A stretch of 64,000 nt of DNA from a virus (taxonomy: Duplodnaviria; Caudoviricetes), in the IMG/VR virus record IMGVR_UViG_3300032216_001891, positions 90,555 through 154,554 of that record; one strand, given 5' to 3'. Numbering within the stretch: position 1 is the stretch's first letter; every line of letters starts with the position of its first letter. Under the pieces are notes generated by a model. That model saw nothing but the letters and a program-made list of their open reading frames with translations. It was not told the DNA's origin and searched no databases. This document shows, piece after piece, positions 54,468 to 64,000 of this stretch. Both the position numbers and the translations under genes were made by a program.

Positions 54468-56715
54468 CGGCGTCCACAGTGGCTTGGGTTGGTGCTGAGA
54501 TTGATTCAAAAGTCAGTGCCTCATTCCTACAGTCAACAACCACTGTGGTAGATTCAGGAATCTTTTCAAATAGTATTTTTTTACTCAAGGGTACTTTGAT
54601 TAAATCGTTAATTTTACGTGCCATGGGTCTAGCACCCATTTGACTGTCATGTCCTACTCTGGCTAGATAATCTATTGCTGATTCGGTCAGTCTAACACGA
54701 ATAGATTTTTCGCTGAGTAATTCATTGAGTTCATTGATGAACTTGGCTACAATCTTTTTCATACTTAGTGCATCTAGCCGATTAAACTTACAAACTCCAT
54801 CCAGTCTGTTGCGAAACTCAGGTTTAAAGAACTCCCGAACTGCTCTATCATCCTCGTCGGTTCGATCAATGCTACCAAATCCTATGCTTTTACGTTCATT
54901 GTCGGCAGCACCCAGGTTACTGGTTAAAATAACAATACAGTTACGTGCATCGGCTTTTTTACCATTACTGCTGGTGACTACACCTTCGTCCATCAAGCTC
55001 AGCAACACATTGGCAACATCCGGATGTGCCTTTTCAATTTCGTCAAACAACAACACACTGTTGGAGTTTTTCTCAATATCGGATATCAACAATCCACCGC
55101 CCAGGTTACCATCATCGTAGCCAACATAGCCGGGAGGAGCACCAATCAACTTGCTGGCAGCATGTTTTTCTTGATACTCGCTCATGTCGTAACGCAACAG
55201 TTTCATTCCAAGATTTTCACTCAGCAGTTTTGCCAATTCGGTTTTACCTGTGCCGGTGGGTCCTAAAAACAAAAAACTACCAATGGGCTTGTTGATGCTT
55301 TTCAATCCCGCACGGCTGACATAGATTTTTTCCAACACAGTGTCCACCACTGACTCTTGTCCGTACAAGCGATTTTTAATATTACTTTCTAAACTGTCGA
55401 GATTTTTAACTGAATCGCTACCGATCTGTTCGGCTGGGATTTTAGTAAATCTACTAATGACATCTACAATGTGGTTGCGTTGTACACACCAATCCTGTTC
55501 ACGTATTTTTAATCTAGCACAGGCCGAGTCAATCAAGTCTATGGCCTTGTCCGGTAAACGCTTGTCTGTTTGATATCTCACACTTAGGTCCACAGCAGCA
55601 TCAATGGCCGAATCGTCAATGACTCCACCATGAAATGTTTCAAAGTGTGTGCGTAGGCCGCGAAGTATATCCTTGGCCACTACCGCTGTGGGTTCTTCCA
55701 CAGTCAATCTATGAAATCTTCGCATCAAGGCACGGTCTTTTTCAAAACTTTGACTGTATTCTTCCCATGTTGTTGATGCAATCACTTTGATTTGCCCCTT
55801 GGCCAAAGCCGGCTTGATCATGTTACTAAAGTCTACATTACTTTGGCTTCCGGCACCGGCGCCACGCATTTGATGTGCTTCGTCAATAAACAATATGCAC
55901 TTGCCCTGAGCAATCAATGCGGCAATGACATCTTTGAGTTTCTCCTCAAAGTCTCCGCGATACTTGCTGCCGGCCAATAAACTTCCAATGTCTAGGTTAT
56001 AAACTGTGTACTCCTGTAGGTATTCGGGAACTGCTCCATCCACTATGTTTTTTGCCAAGCCTTCGGCAATGGCAGTTTTACCAACACCGGGATCACCGAT
56101 CAATAATATGTTTGATTTATTGCGTTTGGCCAACACCTGTGCTATTTCATCAATTTCGTAATCTCTACCAATCACAGGATCAATTTTTCCTGCACGTGCC
56201 TGTGCATTCAAGTCGGTGCAGTACTGTTCTAATGTTTCGGCAGATTTAATATTGACAGCACGTGCCTTGCCGCGTCGGCTGGAATAATTTTCGTTGTAAT
56301 ACTCCAGCACATCTTGACGATTGTCAAGTCCATACTTTAATAAAAAATAATGTGCATAACTGTTGTGTTCAGCAAACACACTGATGTATAAGTCGATCAC
56401 CTGCATGGTGGATCTACCACTGAACAGCACTTGAGTAAAGGCACGATTGAACACACGTTCCAATGCATTGGTTTTTTTAGGTTCTGTTGACTCCACTGTA
56501 CTGACTAAAAATGATTGTTCTGACAAATACTGATCTAAGTCGTTTTGTAATCCCTCAACATCAACTCCGTAGTTGTGGAGAAATTCGCCAAACGGTTCAT
56601 AGGCAACTAGACTTTTTAGAAGGTGTTCTAAAGTCACATACTCGTGATTCAGTGCCCGTGCTTGTTCGCTGGCATTTTTAATAATTACTTCTATTTCGGG
56701 ATTGGGTTGTATCAT
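54445..56715 (-). CDS. clpA: ClpA-type Hsp100 AAA+ unfoldase
   Basis: Clp N-domain HEYVTLEHLL, GDPGVGKT, LFIDEAH, GPTGTGKTE, DMSEY, GAPPGYVGY, SIGF loop, FKPEFRNRLD; no ClpB middle domain. Confidence 0.92.
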   Translation of the reverse strand: MIQPNPEIEVIIKNASEQARALNHEYVTLEHLLKSLVAYEPFGEFLHNYGVDVEGLQNDLDQYLSEQSFLVSTVESTEPKKTNALERVFNRAFTQVLFSGRSTMQVIDLYISVFAEHNSYAHYFLLKYGLDNRQDVLEYYNENYSSRRGKARAVNIKSAETLEQYCTDLNAQARAGKIDPVIGRDYEIDEIAQVLAKRNKSNILLIGDPGVGKTAIAEGLAKNIVDGAVPEYLQEYTVYNLDIGSLLAGSKYRGDFEEKLKDVIAALIAQGKCILFIDEAHQMRGAGAGSQSNVDFSNMIKPALAKGQIKVIASTTWEEYSQSFEKDRALMRRFHRLTVEEPTAVVAKDILRGLRTHFETFHGGVIDDSAIDAAVDLSVRYQTDKRLPDKAIDLIDSACARLKIREQDWCVQRNHIVDVISRFTKIPAEQIGSDSVKNLDSLESNIKNRLYGQESVVDTVLEKIYVSRAGLKSINKPIGSFLFLGPTGTGKTELAKLLSENLGMKLLRYDMSEYQEKHAASKLIGAPPGYVGYDDGNLGGGLLISDIEKNSNSVLLFDEIEKAHPDVANVLLSLMDEGVVTSSNGKKADARNCIVILTSNLGAADNERKSIGFGSIDRTDEDDRAVREFFKPEFRNRLDGVCKFNRLDALSMKKIVAKFINELNELLSEKSIRVRLTESAIDYLARVGHDSQMGARPMARKINDLIKVPLSKKILFEKIPESTTVVVDCRNEALTFESISAPTQATVDADGLIVLE

Positions 56716-56748
56716 CCGGTCTTCCAAGTTGGTGCCTCGTAAAGATAT

Positions 56749-57591
56749 TTATTGAGAGATCTTAATCTGTCTAATTAAGTCTAGTTGAGCAGGTGAAAGC
56801 TGTCTTGGAACTGTAATCATTATTTTAACAAGTAAATTGCCTCGATGCGAGCCGTTTAATTGCCAAACTCCGTTGTTGGGTATTCTAAATAAATTGTTGT
56901 GCTGTGCGCCTGCAGGAACAGTAAGTAAAAATTTACTACCATCAATGCCAGTGACTTCAACATCTGCACCGGTGATGGCATCCAAACAATCAATTTCCAC
57001 AGCAGTGACCACATCTAGATCGTGTAATTCAAACTCAATCGGCACCGTTACTGCAAACGCCACATACAAATCTCCACGCGGCAATGAATTGAAAAAATTA
57101 TCGCCCAAGCCAGAATATTTGATTTGTGTACCATGAGTCACACCGCGGGGTATGGTCACTTCCACTGTTTCTCTGTGCCCATTTGTTGTTTGTACGCTGA
57201 CAGTTTTGTGTTGATCCGCTAGTGTGCTGGCCAAATCCACTGTGATTTCTATACGTAGATCCTTGTTGCGTCTTGGTTGATGTACATGCCAAGGAGCACC
57301 GCCAAAATTGAATCCAAACTGTTCAAAAATATTTTCCATTCCTGGAGGAACACCAGAAAATGGTTGTCCATTGAATGAGAATCTCATTCCACCGGGATTG
57401 GCTCGTTCATGATCATACTGGGCTCTGCGATCTGCATCACTGATGATGTCATAGGCTGCTTGTATTGTTTGAAATGTAGCAGTGTCTCCTCCACGATCGG
57501 GGTGATGCCGACTGGCCAGCTTGCGATAGGCTTGTTTGATTTCTTCTGGAGTGGCTGATTCGCCAACACCCAGTGTAGCATAATGTGTCAT
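56749..57591 (-). CDS. DnaJ/CbpA-type co-chaperone (no zinc finger)
   Basis: J-domain with HPD, G/F-rich linker, GDLYV, DnaJ C-terminal domain. Confidence 0.93.
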   Translation of the reverse strand: MTHYATLGVGESATPEEIKQAYRKLASRHHPDRGGDTATFQTIQAAYDIISDADRRAQYDHERANPGGMRFSFNGQPFSGVPPGMENIFEQFGFNFGGAPWHVHQPRRNKDLRIEITVDLASTLADQHKTVSVQTTNGHRETVEVTIPRGVTHGTQIKYSGLGDNFFNSLPRGDLYVAFAVTVPIEFELHDLDVVTAVEIDCLDAITGADVEVTGIDGSKFLLTVPAGAQHNNLFRIPNNGVWQLNGSHRGNLLVKIMITVPRQLSPAQLDLIRQIKISQ

Positions 57592-57630
57592 ACTGCTAGT
57601 GTAAACGAAAACTCGGTTACAGTCAAGTGT

Positions 57631-58173
57631 TTAGGCCTTGCCGGCTATCTTTTCTTGACTACGTCCGTACGCTGCTAGTCCCAGCACAGCACCCATGGCA
57701 ATATGATATAATCCTGCACCTTGCAAGGTCAAAGGAGCCCACTGACTGGTTACTGATCCATGAAATACAGCCTGCAATAAACTCCATAATATCGGAAATA
57801 CAACAAAGTCAGTGGTACAAGTGATCATGTATATCACTGCCATCATTGGACGCCATTTGCTATTGATAAAGTCTCCAAAACCATGGCTGGTTTCGATAGC
57901 AGCAGTACCACCTTCTTGTATAGCACCACCGGTACTGACCAAATTACTGTTGGCCTGTGCAGTACTGTTATAGTTATTGCTTTGAGTCATTGCACTGGAA
58001 CTGGAACCAAACCCACTGCCAAAACCGGATGGGGTACTGCCAAATGCCGGTGGTATTGTACTTACACTGTTGTTACCCAATGGCACACTTCCGAACGCTG
58101 GCGCCGGATTAAAGGGCACGGGTGCTACTGCGGTAGCGGCTGAGTCAATATCTGATGGGTCTAGTTTTGGCAT
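57631..58173 (-). CDS. putative holin-like membrane protein
   Basis: KWRPMMA followed by two TM helices; located in the lysis cassette. Confidence 0.6.
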   Translation of the reverse strand: MPKLDPSDIDSAATAVAPVPFNPAPAFGSVPLGNNSVSTIPPAFGSTPSGFGSGFGSSSSAMTQSNNYNSTAQANSNLVSTGGAIQEGGTAAIETSHGFGDFINSKWRPMMAVIYMITCTTDFVVFPILWSLLQAVFHGSVTSQWAPLTLQGAGLYHIAMGAVLGLAAYGRSQEKIAGKA

Positions 58174-58189
58174 ATTTTTCCTTTTGTTT

Positions 58190-58489
58190 TTATTTTACGG
58201 CATCCCAAATTTGTTTTTGTTCCCGATACCACTGTTGCCAAGATTCGTATTTTTGTTTTAGTATGTAATACTCACCAAAATTGGCATTGGCATTTTCTAA
58301 CAAATCAGTTAAAGTTTTTTTGTCTGCGGGCAAAGGAGTTAAATCATTTGCTGGTGCTGAGAGCTCTGCTGGAACCCGGGGCCACTGCATTTTTTGTGGA
58401 CTGGTTGTAGAGCATCCAAGCAGTGTCAGACAACCTGCACTCAGCGTTAATACTGTCACGCTGTGCTTCAATTGCTTGATTGTTGGCAT
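58190..58489 (-). CDS. putative o-spanin (Rz1-like lipoprotein)
   Basis: Lipobox LTLLGC, Pro-rich, overlaps the 3' end of the i-spanin candidate. Confidence 0.65.
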   Translation of the reverse strand: MPTIKQLKHSVTVLTLSAGCLTLLGCSTTSPQKMQWPRVPAELSAPANDLTPLPADKKTLTDLLENANANFGEYYILKQKYESWQQWYREQKQIWDAVK

Positions 58490-58835
58490 TTGTGTTCTCC
58501 TTGATTATTTTTACTTCTTTGACAATTTTTTCTTTGATCACTGTGTTGACTTTCCCCGACTTGACTTCAGCCTCGGCCACTTTCTCCGCCATCGCTTCCA
58601 GTTCATGTTTCCACACAGCAGTGACACCGGCGCTGCCCAACATAAAAACACCAAACAGCATGGTGGCAAATCCTAGATATTTAACAGCAACACTGGTGAG
58701 TTTTGCTTGCACAAAAGGAACAGCAGAAAGAAATCCGCTGAAAAAATATGCAACAGCACCCAGTCCAGCAATTAACGCCCAGAACTCAGCAGGTATGTTA
58801 CCGATTATGTGTTGAATTATCCAGCCAAACATCAT
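58344..58835 (-). CDS. putative i-spanin (Rz-like)
   Basis: N-terminal TM helices, coiled coil, C-terminal Cys; directly after the endolysin. Confidence 0.65.
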   Translation of the reverse strand: MMFGWIIQHIIGNIPAEFWALIAGLGAVAYFFSGFLSAVPFVQAKLTSVAVKYLGFATMLFGVFMLGSAGVTAVWKHELEAMAEKVAEAEVKSGKVNTVIKEKIVKEVKIIKENTNANNQAIEAQRDSINAECRLSDTAWMLYNQSTKNAVAPGSSRALSTSK

Positions 58836-59455
58836 GCACTCAATACTTGAACAGCGTGATGAAAACGTGCTGTGCGATCATCTAATCCCAATGTACCACC
58901 ATTGATAATCTTAGTAACTTGTAAAACATTGCCGGCATCTGACCAGTGATTTAAATTATGATGTTCCCAAAAGAAGCAGGCCGATTCCACAGCACCTTCG
59001 GGAGTTTCACAATACTTCACACACTCGTCGAGCGACATACCGATTTCGTTGGCAAATGCTACATAGTTGCTTTTGCCTGTGAGTTGTATTAGCCCACGTC
59101 CGTGAAACTTCCAACCATCACCGCTTGCTTCAGGGCCATTGCCCATTCTATCGCAGTAGGCACGATTGGCAATCTTTTCTGGATTGTGTTCGTATAATTT
59201 TGCTATGTCTGCGGGGAAACGCTTGGGCCATGTACCAGTTAATCCAGAGGCACGATAGTTTAAATTTTCGGTAAGTGCTGTGTAGCCACCTGATTCATGT
59301 GCTGTTTGTGCAATAAACATGGCCACACGTGAAACAGAAGTTATGTTGTATTTGGGGAGTTCTTTACTCAAGGCCGCGTACCACTCGGTGATGTGTGGAT
59401 TGTGTGGTAATAATTGAGCTAATTGATTGGCTGTAAATGTAAATTCAAAACTCAT
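58832..59455 (-). CDS. glycoside hydrolase family 19 endolysin
   Basis: FIAQTAHESGG, ENLNY, GRGLIQLTGKSNY, TKIINGG. Confidence 0.93.
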   Translation of the reverse strand: MSFEFTFTANQLAQLLPHNPHITEWYAALSKELPKYNITSVSRVAMFIAQTAHESGGYTALTENLNYRASGLTGTWPKRFPADIAKLYEHNPEKIANRAYCDRMGNGPEASGDGWKFHGRGLIQLTGKSNYVAFANEIGMSLDECVKYCETPEGAVESACFFWEHHNLNHWSDAGNVLQVTKIINGGTLGLDDRTARFHHAVQVLSA

Positions 59456-59523
59456 CGAAATCTCCTAAACAGTGTTGATAAAACTATTTATCAAAATTCG
59501 AATTTTAATTTGTTACAGGTTTG

Positions 59524-60069
59524 TTATTTTAAGCCGGCTGCAATGCGTAAGCCGTCAGTGAAATCATTGACCGGTGCTCGTGTGGTAATTTGTACTCCGG
59601 CTACAGCTCGCATTTCGTCCAAGGCCTCGCTACCAAATCTACGCCGATATTCTTCACTGGTGGTGGGGATTAATTTTTTTAAACTATCAACAGTCAATGG
59701 ATTATCTGTGTGGTCTTTGTAGTAACGAACACGCCATTGTTCTAAACGTTGACCAGTTAGATTCATTATGTCCTTCATCATCTCAATGATGTGTTCAGGC
59801 ACTGTGGAATTGCGTTCACATTCAACAAACACAATATAGTCACCGTCGTCCATTTCCCCCGAACTGACATCGGCATCAATGATCCAATCGTAGCCTTTTT
59901 CAATAAAATTTACCAAGTCGGTTGCGGGTTCTTTGCCCACAACTTTGAAACTCACAACCACAACATCTTCATCACGACCCAGTTTGCTTTTGAACTCGTC
60001 AATGTGCAGTTCTGTGTGTACAAGGCGTTTTAAATCGCCCTGTTCTAATCCCTCGTGTAATCTTGTCAT
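59524..60069 (-). CDS. hypothetical protein
   Basis: 181 aa, ends RIAAGLK. Confidence 0.7.
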   Translation of the reverse strand: MTRLHEGLEQGDLKRLVHTELHIDEFKSKLGRDEDVVVVSFKVVGKEPATDLVNFIEKGYDWIIDADVSSGEMDDGDYIVFVECERNSTVPEHIIEMMKDIMNLTGQRLEQWRVRYYKDHTDNPLTVDSLKKLIPTTSEEYRRRFGSEALDEMRAVAGVQITTRAPVNDFTDGLRIAAGLK

Positions 60070-60656
60070 TGTACGCCTCCCGCCGCAGCCGGAGCTGGTG
60101 CACCTGTGGCTTGTGCATTTTTTTGATCAGCTTGCTCACCACCTTGATACATTTCATCATCCAAACCTTCCTCGTAACTGGCTTCTACGTCTTCACTGTT
60201 GAGTGTTTCGTTTTCTAATTCCAAACTGCCTTGATGTATGTCTTGCATGAGTTTTTTAGGAACTGTGATCTCTACCAGCCAAATTGGAGCTTTGGCCATT
60301 TTTGCCAGTTTGGTACCGGGCTGAAAATCCATGGGGCTTTTGAGTTTGATGGGATAACTTATGGTGTCTCGACGATACTTGACCACACATCCGTAGTCGG
60401 CTAAACGTTTGGCACCACGTGTGTCGGGCTTGGTTTTGTAGGGCCACATAAAAGTGCAGGTAACAAAATATTTTTCGTAAACAGGACCTTCCACCAGCTC
60501 GCCCTGTTTCCAGTGGTCAAATGTGTATAGGTCCAGTTCATCAATGATGCGTTCAAAATCCAATAAGGTATTGAGACTGCTGTCAGTCATGTAGATGTCT
60601 TTGGTGTTTTCTATAACATCCGAAATGCTACGAGATTTGCGGGATAATTCAGTCAT
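60066..60656 (-). CDS. hypothetical protein
   Basis: 196 aa; TAAATA at 60677-82. Confidence 0.7.
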   Translation of the reverse strand: MTELSRKSRSISDVIENTKDIYMTDSSLNTLLDFERIIDELDLYTFDHWKQGELVEGPVYEKYFVTCTFMWPYKTKPDTRGAKRLADYGCVVKYRRDTISYPIKLKSPMDFQPGTKLAKMAKAPIWLVEITVPKKLMQDIHQGSLELENETLNSEDVEASYEEGLDDEMYQGGEQADQKNAQATGAPAPAAAGGVQ

Positions 60657-60695
60657 ATTAGTATAAGTTTATACTTTATTTATCCACGATCAGTA

Positions 60696-61358
60696 TTAAA
60701 CTGATACAGAATCAGCTTGTGCCAGCAGTGCTAAAAAAGCCTCAGTGGCCTCGGTACGCACGCCAGTTACTTGCAGTGTGACTCTAGGTGAATGCCCAGC
60801 GTTGGCAGTGGCATGTGGCACATTTTGCCAATCAAATGTAGTGACGTTGCCGGCTCTCCAGCCCGAGTGAACATAGTTTCCGTAACTCCAAAAATGTCCC
60901 GGTTGCCAATCGGTCAACTGTATTTGTACTCGTAACACCGAGTCGGGACTGTTGGGATTCCATTTTTCCAATTTGTCCAGGTGTAAATTCCAAACTTCCC
61001 CGGGCTGTTGCACGTGAACCCTAGTCATGACATCATGCATGGCGAACCGGTCGGCCATGTGTTGAAACTTGGCGGGTATATTCCAATTCAAGTGTGTGAT
61101 TATATACTCCTTGCCGTAGCCTTCACGTTCAAGATCGTATTCTTCTGCGGCCAATTCCTCTTCAGGTCTAGTGTTGCCTGCTTGTCCACGAGTACGCCAA
61201 GTTGCTGGTTCAGCAGTGGCAATGACTTCGGCAAGTTCTTTATCCCAATTGGCCTCAAACTGCCCGAGACGAATCACTGTGTCGTATTGTGGATCTATTT
61301 TTGTTGGATCAAAATGATACCGGCTTCTTGTTTTTGTTGTGTCCCATGAACTGATCAT
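60696..61358 (-). CDS. cupin/2OG-Fe(II) oxygenase-like protein
   Basis: QQPGEVWNLHLD (HxD)...PHATANAG...RVTLQVTG. Confidence 0.6.
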   Translation of the reverse strand: MISSWDTTKTRSRYHFDPTKIDPQYDTVIRLGQFEANWDKELAEVIATAEPATWRTRGQAGNTRPEEELAAEEYDLEREGYGKEYIITHLNWNIPAKFQHMADRFAMHDVMTRVHVQQPGEVWNLHLDKLEKWNPNSPDSVLRVQIQLTDWQPGHFWSYGNYVHSGWRAGNVTTFDWQNVPHATANAGHSPRVTLQVTGVRTEATEAFLALLAQADSVSV

Positions 61359-61975
61359 ATTACAGTTACCTTTATGTCTGACGCCACATAGTCTTGATAA
61401 TACTCTTCTGCCGGTGTTGCAATACCCAAAGTTCTTGCCAGTTGCCTATTTGTTTCTACAGTTTTGGCTGGGTATTCACGTGCAGCACGCCTGTTACCGG
61501 CATTTTCTCTTGCAATGGCTGCAGACATGGATCTTAGATCCAGGTAGTAATCTCTATATGCGGGATATGTGATTTTAAATTCTCCGCACTTGACCCACCA
61601 GCCCAGACAAGCATCATCCGAGCGATTGATTAACACAATGGGGCAATCGGGCCAAGTCTGTTTGATGTAGTCAATGTGATAACCAAACACATGGCTTTTG
61701 ATGATACGTACCCCTGTGCCTGAAAATGGACGATCAAATTCAGCTTCACATTCAGCCTTGCTGTATTGATCTAAGCGTTCAAACCCACCACCAAATTCCA
61801 TTCCCGGTCCCCAATAAACTCCCAAGTGCATGAGGTCGTAGGTGCCCGATGCATCGTGCCAATAGGTACGCTCGTCGCTGTAGTCTGAGCTGTCAACGTC
61901 GGCGCTGTAATAGATATTTTTAACCACACTGCTCCACTTGGAGCCGGGGGCTCCACTGACAAAAATATATTTCAT
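61355..61975 (-). CDS. P-loop sulfotransferase-like protein
   Basis: FVSGAPGSKWS, IIKSH, IVLINR. Confidence 0.5.
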   Translation of the reverse strand: MKYIFVSGAPGSKWSSVVKNIYYSADVDSSDYSDERTYWHDASGTYDLMHLGVYWGPGMEFGGGFERLDQYSKAECEAEFDRPFSGTGVRIIKSHVFGYHIDYIKQTWPDCPIVLINRSDDACLGWWVKCGEFKITYPAYRDYYLDLRSMSAAIARENAGNRRAAREYPAKTVETNRQLARTLGIATPAEEYYQDYVASDIKVTVI

Positions 61976-62925
61976 TCGGGTTTGATCTTTCTAGCAACAG
62001 GTTGCCATACACTTTTTAAACGTTCCATGCTGGCTCTAACACCCTCGGGTGTGTGTTCTGCAGGTGTTGTAAACATTAAGTTTTCTGCAAATTTCTCTCC
62101 AGCTTCTCGGCTACGTATAGCTGGAACAAACTGGTCACGATACCAAGCCTGCACATCGGCGGGGGTGCCTCGCGGCAACACTATGTTCCAGCATCCGTGA
62201 ATTGATAATCCCGGAGCCACCGTTCGCATCAAAGGTGCCGATTCTAAACCTTTTAGCGGCTGTTCGTTGGCAATACCAATTAATTTTAATTTACCTGCTT
62301 GCACATGTGGCCATCCCACTGCCACAGGAGTAACTCCAAATTCCACATGCCCGCCCATGACATCCAACAGGGCTTGAGCTGGACCTTTATACATGGGTGT
62401 TGTTACTGCATCTGCCGGCATCTGCAGGCTATCAACGAGATATTGCACTGCCAGTCTGTGTCCGCCGCCACCAATGGCAATGTTCACCGGTCTCTTTCGA
62501 CTCTGTATTAAATTGGCCAATTGTTTTGGAGTGTTTATGGGACTACCGGGTGCGGCCCAAAATGCCAAGGGACTGCGAGCAATATTGGCCACTGGCTCAA
62601 AATCCTGTGCATTGTATCGAACTATGTTGCTGTACCATACGTCCGCAGTTACCCAGTTGCTTTGGCAGGCCGGCACAGCAATGGTGTATCCGTCTGCCGG
62701 CACTGTGGCAAAGTGATTCATGGCGATGTTGCCATCGGCGCCGGGCCGGTATTCGTTAACAAAGACTGCACCGGTTTTTCTTTCTACTATAGTGGCTACA
62801 AATCTAAAACTGATTTCATTGCCAGCACCGGCACCATTGGGAAATATCACTGTGATGGATCGTTGTGGCTCCCATGCCATGGCCAGCACAGGTATCAATA
62901 ATAATGTTGCTAATAATTTTTTCAT
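61972..62925 (-). CDS. Bug/TctC substrate-binding protein (second copy)
   Basis: Signal peptide, PNGAGAG, RPGADGNIA, YKGPAQALLDVMGGHV, GKLKLIG. Confidence 0.88.
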   Translation of the reverse strand: MKKLLATLLLIPVLAMAWEPQRSITVIFPNGAGAGNEISFRFVATIVERKTGAVFVNEYRPGADGNIAMNHFATVPADGYTIAVPACQSNWVTADVWYSNIVRYNAQDFEPVANIARSPLAFWAAPGSPINTPKQLANLIQSRKRPVNIAIGGGGHRLAVQYLVDSLQMPADAVTTPMYKGPAQALLDVMGGHVEFGVTPVAVGWPHVQAGKLKLIGIANEQPLKGLESAPLMRTVAPGLSIHGCWNIVLPRGTPADVQAWYRDQFVPAIRSREAGEKFAENLMFTTPAEHTPEGVRASMERLKSVWQPVARKIKPE

Positions 62926-62974
62926 TGAGGTTCCTTGGGGTTAAATAGTATTATATTATATTATATTATTAATT

Positions 62975-63541
62975 ATGCTAGATCAACAACACCTAAACAA
63001 TTATTTTGGAAAAGTCTGGAGTCAGCGTGAACGCAGTCTAGACCAATATCAATACTCGGGCTATGCTCTAGTGGATAAAATACTACCCGGTCAACGAGTG
63101 ATTGATGTGGGGTGCGGAGTGAATCCTTTTAAAAACTATATACCAAACTTGATTGGTGTTGACCCGGCATTTGATCCTGCCGATTTCCGCATGACCATAG
63201 AAGAGTATGCAGAGATTCATTATATACAGAGATTTCATGTGGCATTTTGTCTGGGCAGTATAAACTTTGGCTCACAACAGGATATAGAACATCAAATTGC
63301 CTGTGTGGTTAAATTGCTACATCGCAGAGACGCCAAAATCTTTTGGCGTTGTAATCCTGCACTGGCAGATCACGGCAATGCTGAATGTGAAACAATACCG
63401 TTTTATCCTTGGAGTTTTGACGAGCAGGTGCGCCTTGCCGACATGTTTGGGTTCAACATTGTGGAAATGGACTGGGACAATGGCAACAGAATCTACGCCG
63501 AATGGAACAGTAAAAATGTAAGTCAAAATGCTGTGGTGTAG
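62975..63541 (+). CDS. class I SAM-dependent methyltransferase-like protein
   Basis: VIDVGCG, IGVDP, CLGSINF. Confidence 0.7.
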   Translation: MLDQQHLNNYFGKVWSQRERSLDQYQYSGYALVDKILPGQRVIDVGCGVNPFKNYIPNLIGVDPAFDPADFRMTIEEYAEIHYIQRFHVAFCLGSINFGSQQDIEHQIACVVKLLHRRDAKIFWRCNPALADHGNAECETIPFYPWSFDEQVRLADMFGFNIVEMDWDNGNRIYAEWNSKNVSQNAVV

Positions 63542-63656
63542 TCTTATACTTAGTTGAATTTTTACAAGTTATAAACGCAGTTAAATCACCACACAGTATT
63601 ACCTTAAATATTTTTGTGAAACACAGTTCACACAACTAAAACTCAAGGAGATACTT

Positions 63657-64000
63657 TTGGCCAAACGTCGAAACAGAACAGTAGAAGCAACTCAATATTA
63701 TCAACCCAACCCTTCGCGTAACAAACAAAAAACACCTGATATAAAACTAGTAACCGACGACTATGTTAAACACCAAAATCAGCGACGAAAAGTAGAATTA
63801 ATACCCAAAAGTCTAAATCAAGAATCATACATAGACTTGCTCACAGATGAATCCAAATTAATTATATTTGCCACAGGCCCGGCCGGTACCGGTAAAACCA
63901 TGTTGGCAGTTATGGCCGCTATACAAGCATACCAAAGAGGAGATTGCAGTAAAATAGTAATCACACGTCCAGCAGTGGGAGTGGACGACGAACAGCATGG
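63657..64000 (+). CDS. phoH: PhoH family ATPase (runs off the window end)
   Basis: TTG start after AAGGAG; PKSLNQESY, ATGPAGTGKT, IVITRPAVG. Confidence 0.9.
   Translation, partial: MAKRRNRTVEATQYYQPNPSRNKQKTPDIKLVTDDYVKHQNQRRKVELIPKSLNQESYIDLLTDESKLIIFATGPAGTGKTMLAVMAAIQAYQRGDCSKIVITRPAVGVDDEQH

Noticed and set aside
616-63635. Most short plus-strand ORFs and nested ORFs in the track
   Set aside because: They are antisense or out-of-frame shadows of well-supported genes and have no motifs or RBS
1-64000. Alternative genetic code (stop codon reassignment)
   Set aside because: Long conserved genes such as polB, clpA and the DpdA-like gene are intact and tightly packed under the standard code
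1-64000. Bacterial chromosome or prophage origin
   Set aside because: T4-like rnh and polB, late-type TAAATA motifs, a lysis cassette and dense small hypothetical genes with no integrase or housekeeping operons point to a large lytic phage

Overview
This is a gene-dense 64 kb segment, almost all on the minus strand, of a large T4-like/jumbo tailed phage genome read in the standard code. Two Bug/TctC genes hint at a betaproteobacterial host (inference). From left to right it holds: (i) nucleotide-sugar and thymidylate genes (DegT, epimerase, thyX, DHFR); (ii) an early region with sigma70-type promoter repeats, a MoxR-VWA pair, an ArfA-like peptide, a peroxiredoxin and an ABC-GNAT fusion; (iii) RNase H; (iv) a 7-deazaguanine DNA-modification region (queE, MazG-like, queD, PRTase, folE, a second QueD-like/DpdL-like protein, a TGT/DpdA-like protein, no queC in the window) interleaved with glycosyltransferase, epimerase and adenylating genes; (v) a probable sliding clamp and a family B DNA polymerase; (vi) an ~11 kb block (41.1-52.1 kb) of proteins that start with a T4 capsid-targeting-like N-terminus and consist of unrelated domains joined by repeated (V/L/I)-x-E linkers, some conserved as DNA direct repeats; (vii) ClpA plus DnaJ, a lysis cassette, a Bug/sulfotransferase-like/dioxygenase-like/methyltransferase group and a partial phoH. 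Block (vi) is the best candidate for an undescribed system: capsid-packaged, protease-processed, cassette-shuffled effector polyproteins. All product calls rest on motif recognition by eye; no database searches were run. No tRNA, rRNA or CRISPR array was recognised.
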